From NCBI GenBank assembly GCA_965235115.1, contig OZ249438.1, forward strand, positions 6,510,001 through 6,574,000: DNA of 64,000 nt, in the 5' to 3' direction. This document shows, piece after piece, positions 60,580 through 64,000 of this stretch (within the stretch, counting starts at the first letter, position 1; every line of letters begins with the position of its first letter). Source of the DNA: Laetmonice hystrix. Lineage: Eukaryota. The position numbers and the translations under genes are program-made. Under the pieces are notes generated by a model, which saw only the letters and a program-made list of their open reading frames with translations, did not search any database and had not been told where the DNA came from.

Positions 60580-61949
60580 TCATGAGAGCAGGTCTAACAT
60601 GCGACAGCTTGGGAGGCGACGTCGGCGTCGAGGCCGTTGATTAGCTGGGGATGTGGGAGGTACGTGGCCCGACGGGGAGAGCTCGGCGCTGTGAGGGGAC
60701 TGAGGTCGACCCGGTGGGGAAGTTTCCGGGGTCGGATCAGGGGTCGCGTCGGTGTCTGGACTGGTCGGCGACGGCGGGGCTGGTTTCAGCATGTCCACGT
60801 GGTAAACCATGCGACCAGTGACTCCCATAGCAACAGCATACACAAGATCATTACGTTTATCTTCCCACGTTTGCCTTACCACCTGTGGTTGAGCGTCACT
60901 GTCTGAATCGGAAGATGGGTGACCCACACAACCTGCAAGCCTTTCGCGGCTCTTTCGGTGCATAATAATGCGTTGGAGGCGCGATGCCTCCTCAGCAGTG
61001 GCGAGGAGCGTGGGGGGGGGGGCGGTGCTCGTATGGCGAGTATAGGCCCACCCGCACACGACCAAATGTGTAGCCGGTAATGGGCTCTGAGTGAGAGGGG
61101 GGAGACACGTGACCCTGCGTAGGGGGATTTGGTCTTTCATCACTAATGCAGGGTGTGGGGACCGGCGGTACTCGGCGGTGGCGAACGGCTTGGGCATGTC
61201 AGCTCGGGCGCAAAATGGAAGGGCCTCGGAAGGGCCAACGCGTGAGGCAGTACGTCCGTGGGTTGACGTCGCGAGGTAGTAATGTTGCCCGTGAATGTGG
61301 CGCGGTTACCAGCAGTAGCTGCCGGGGCAGCAACATAAAATGCTGAGGGTAATCATGCATGTGCTGTGGGCCCTAAATGACCCAAGTCCACACGTGTACC
61401 TCCCCTAGTAGGAGTGTCATTTAGTGGCGCTGCAGAAGGGGTGCTATCAGAGCTACGAGACGTATGACGGGCAAAACGCGGGCTGTCTGCAAGACGAGTG
61501 ACAGCTGCCTGCAACTGTTCCAGCATCCCCTGCTGCTCGCGGTCACGCTGCTCATGCTCCGCACGTTCGCGGGCACGCTCCTCCACCATGACGCAAGAAA
61601 ATTTCTCGATGAAGCGGTCAAGACGGTCATCGGCCTTGACGGGCCGGCGGGTAGTGTCACCACCTGGTGGTGGTATCAATTCAGGAGGACGGCAAAGGTC
61701 CAAGTCAGTCTCGCGGGACAAGGTCGGCGGGGAACCCCGGTAGTGCGAGCGGGTATGCCGAGCGACGGCATCAGTGTCATAATCAGGATGAGTGGTGTCC
61801 GAGGTGCAGGCCTTGGGCGTCTCTGCCTCCAGAGGCGTGAGAGAACGCCCACCCGGTGACGGGGAAGTAGGGTCGGGAATACCCAGAGTGACACTCTCAA
61901 ATGGCTTAGAGAGTTGGTCCATTGTATCGCCGGTTGAGGACGACAGCAA
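60580..61949 (-). mobile_element. Internally deleted LTR-retrotransposon-like remnant (gag-like start joined to an integrase-like tail)
   Basis: Coiled coil EERARERAEHEQRDREQQ; PQVV..DLVYAV..VYHVDMLKP..RPRRRRRLPS resembles Gypsy integrase C-termini. Confidence 0.5.
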
Positions 61950-62062
61950 TCACAAGTACAATAGCAGACACACACAAAAAAATCAAATACTGAGGAAATA
62001 TGCACAATATATCTTATATCATGACTCTCACTGTCCTCAAAGTCAAAGTCAAGCACAGCACG

Positions 62063-62335
62063 CCAATACAGGCACTGTATCAAACTACTCCACACCAGTA
62101 CAGGCACGGTATCAAACACCACACCAGTACAGGCACGGTATCAAATGTACACCACACCAATACAGGCACGGTATCAAAAGTACACCATGCCAATACAGGC
62201 ACGGTATCAAACACCACACCAGTACAGGCACGGTATCAAACACCACACCAGTACAGGCACGGTATCAAATGTACAACACACCAGTACAGGCACGGTATCA
62301 AAAGTACACCATGCCAATACAGGCACGGTATCAAA
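62063..62335. repeat. Minisatellite, 9 units of 29-33 bp
   Basis: Core CCA(G/A)TACAGGCACGGTATCAAA. Confidence 0.93.
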
Positions 62336-62849
62336 CCAAGAAATACCACTGACTAAAACTACAGGCCTCCTGCCTATTAAAAAAAACGCAATTTGTCACC
62401 AAGTGAGATTTGCAACCTGCAAAAGCAAAGAACAGGGTTGGTGTGCCTCCAGGGGTGGCCCAGCCAACCCCGACCCACGTGGGTCTACGATCTACTAATG
62501 ACGAGACAAGATGGCCGTACCCAGTACGGCCAAAGAAAACAAAACTACTCACGTTATAGTATAATGATCGTTATATTGTCCACAGCTACCCGGACGGACG
62601 GAGCAGAACGGTAATCCAAGTGAGACCCCGACCCCGGACCCTGAGCAAGCAAAAACATGTTCGTTCTCAAGGAGGGCCAACCGGAATCTGCCTCGACTGC
62701 CAATTTTGTACACCACCCCAAAATTACTGATGCCGTGAATGCGCCTCCACTAAAACAAAGTACGGAGTCTCGGGTGTACAAAACCAGGGGGCGAGGCTGC
62801 TGGTGAAGTTAATGTTAGTGCGAAAGTGTACTTTCGTCACATAAACTTC

Positions 62850-64000
62850 ATACACCCGACGAGTGCGTAGTCTCCACGACTCTAGATAAAGGACTGTAGC
62901 ATCCTTCAAGAGGCCTAGTTGGCGGATATTGTCCAATAAAGAAGAGCTGTCGTTTCCCCCTGTCCTTGTGGTTGAAGAGCTGTTATTAGAGTGTGTCCTG
63001 TAGGTCGTTTTTCCCTGTCCTTGTGGTTGAAACACTTGTTAGGTTGTCTCGCTGGCGAGGGAGGATCATCTTGTCCTTTGCTGCCACCATTAGCGTTCCA
63101 TACTAAGGCTGTGCTGGCCAGTTTGGTGTGACTACAACTGCTTTGACGTTTTGGCGATTTTTTTGTAACACCCGGTTCATCAATCTGAATGGAGGAAACG
63201 CATAAACAAATTCAAACTGAGCTCAATTCTGGGTGAATGCATTAACGAATTTTGCCTCTGGATCTGGGCCCCAACTGGCATATTGGTTCAACTTCGCGTT
63301 AGCCCTGGAGGCAAACAAGTCTATATGCAGAGTACCCCAATGGTCACATAGATGGTTGAAAATGTCCCTATTTAGACCCCACTCCGTGTCTACTCTCATA
63401 ATCCGCCTGCGATTTTTGTGATCCGGATATGTAAGTCGCCAATATCCAGTTGTGATGCACTTCGCACCAGTCCCAAATTTTACGAGCTATCTTATTACAT
63501 TCCCTTGATTGTGTTCCACCCCATGTGAGATATACGCAACTGTAGTTATGTTATCAGAAAGTACCTTGGTGCCTTTCCCTTTTATGTTATGACAGAGTGC
63601 TTGCAAACCCAACTCAATCGCTCTCAATTCTAACATATTATGATGAGACCCTTCGTTAATTCCGGAGGCGATATCCTTATTGTTTTTGACATACACTCGA
63701 TATTAGTCAACCACCACTTTAGTTCGTTTTCCACTTTAAGAGTTAGATTAATCCGTTTTTGGAACCCTTCCGGTCCCACTTTAGTTAGCTCTGTAATGTT
63801 CTCCTGCTCAAGGTTTTTAACAATCCATACTCTGCTGCTTTACAAATGTTGTTAAGCAACCCCATCACTGACGCAAGTTCTTGAATGGTAAATTTCCCTT
63901 TTGTTAACAGGGCGGTAATAGTATTCGTCACCTTTGTAATTTTCTTTGGGGTACGCCGAACCTGCATTTTCTCTGTATCTAGAAGGTACCCTAAAAAGGT
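62850..64000 (-). pseudogene. DIRS remnant: RT end, RNase H, methyltransferase-like domain, start of recombinase ORF
   Basis: FLGYLLDT; LELRAIELGL..VLSDNITTVAYI; HIDLFASRANAKL..YASWGPDP..YAFPPF..RVLQKI; YLESWR..TRRVY. Confidence 0.85.

Noticed and set aside
62000-62498. Repetitive ORFs in several frames (HQYRHGIK..)
   Set aside because: Produced by the minisatellite; unit lengths of 29 and 32 bp are not codon multiples.

Overview
Animal (invertebrate, GC about 40%) genomic DNA, mostly nested transposable elements. The only clear host gene is a divergent POU6-class homeobox gene on the + strand: three exons at 1024-3037, with upstream exons outside the window. It appears to splice in frame onto a novel 740-codon terminal exon (8442-10661) carrying 19 x 21-aa repeats and SUMO-interacting-like motifs. 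A second intact copy of that exon, with only 2 repeats, lies at 29627-30676. Mobile content: a TSD-flanked Gypsy (19062-23710); a complete BEL/Pao element (33747-40583) whose primer site looks self-complementary rather than tRNA-type; a full-length CR1/L2-type LINE (48590-53690) whose ORF1 ends in an IMPACT/YigZ domain; three or four more Gypsy remnants; DIRS remnants; a tRNA-derived V-type SINE; several MITEs; an unclassified transposase-like ORF split by three insertions; and a triplicated THAP/zinc-finger unit. No searches or alignments were run. Domain calls rest on recalled motifs and coordinates were counted by hand (a few bp uncertain, more for decayed remnants).
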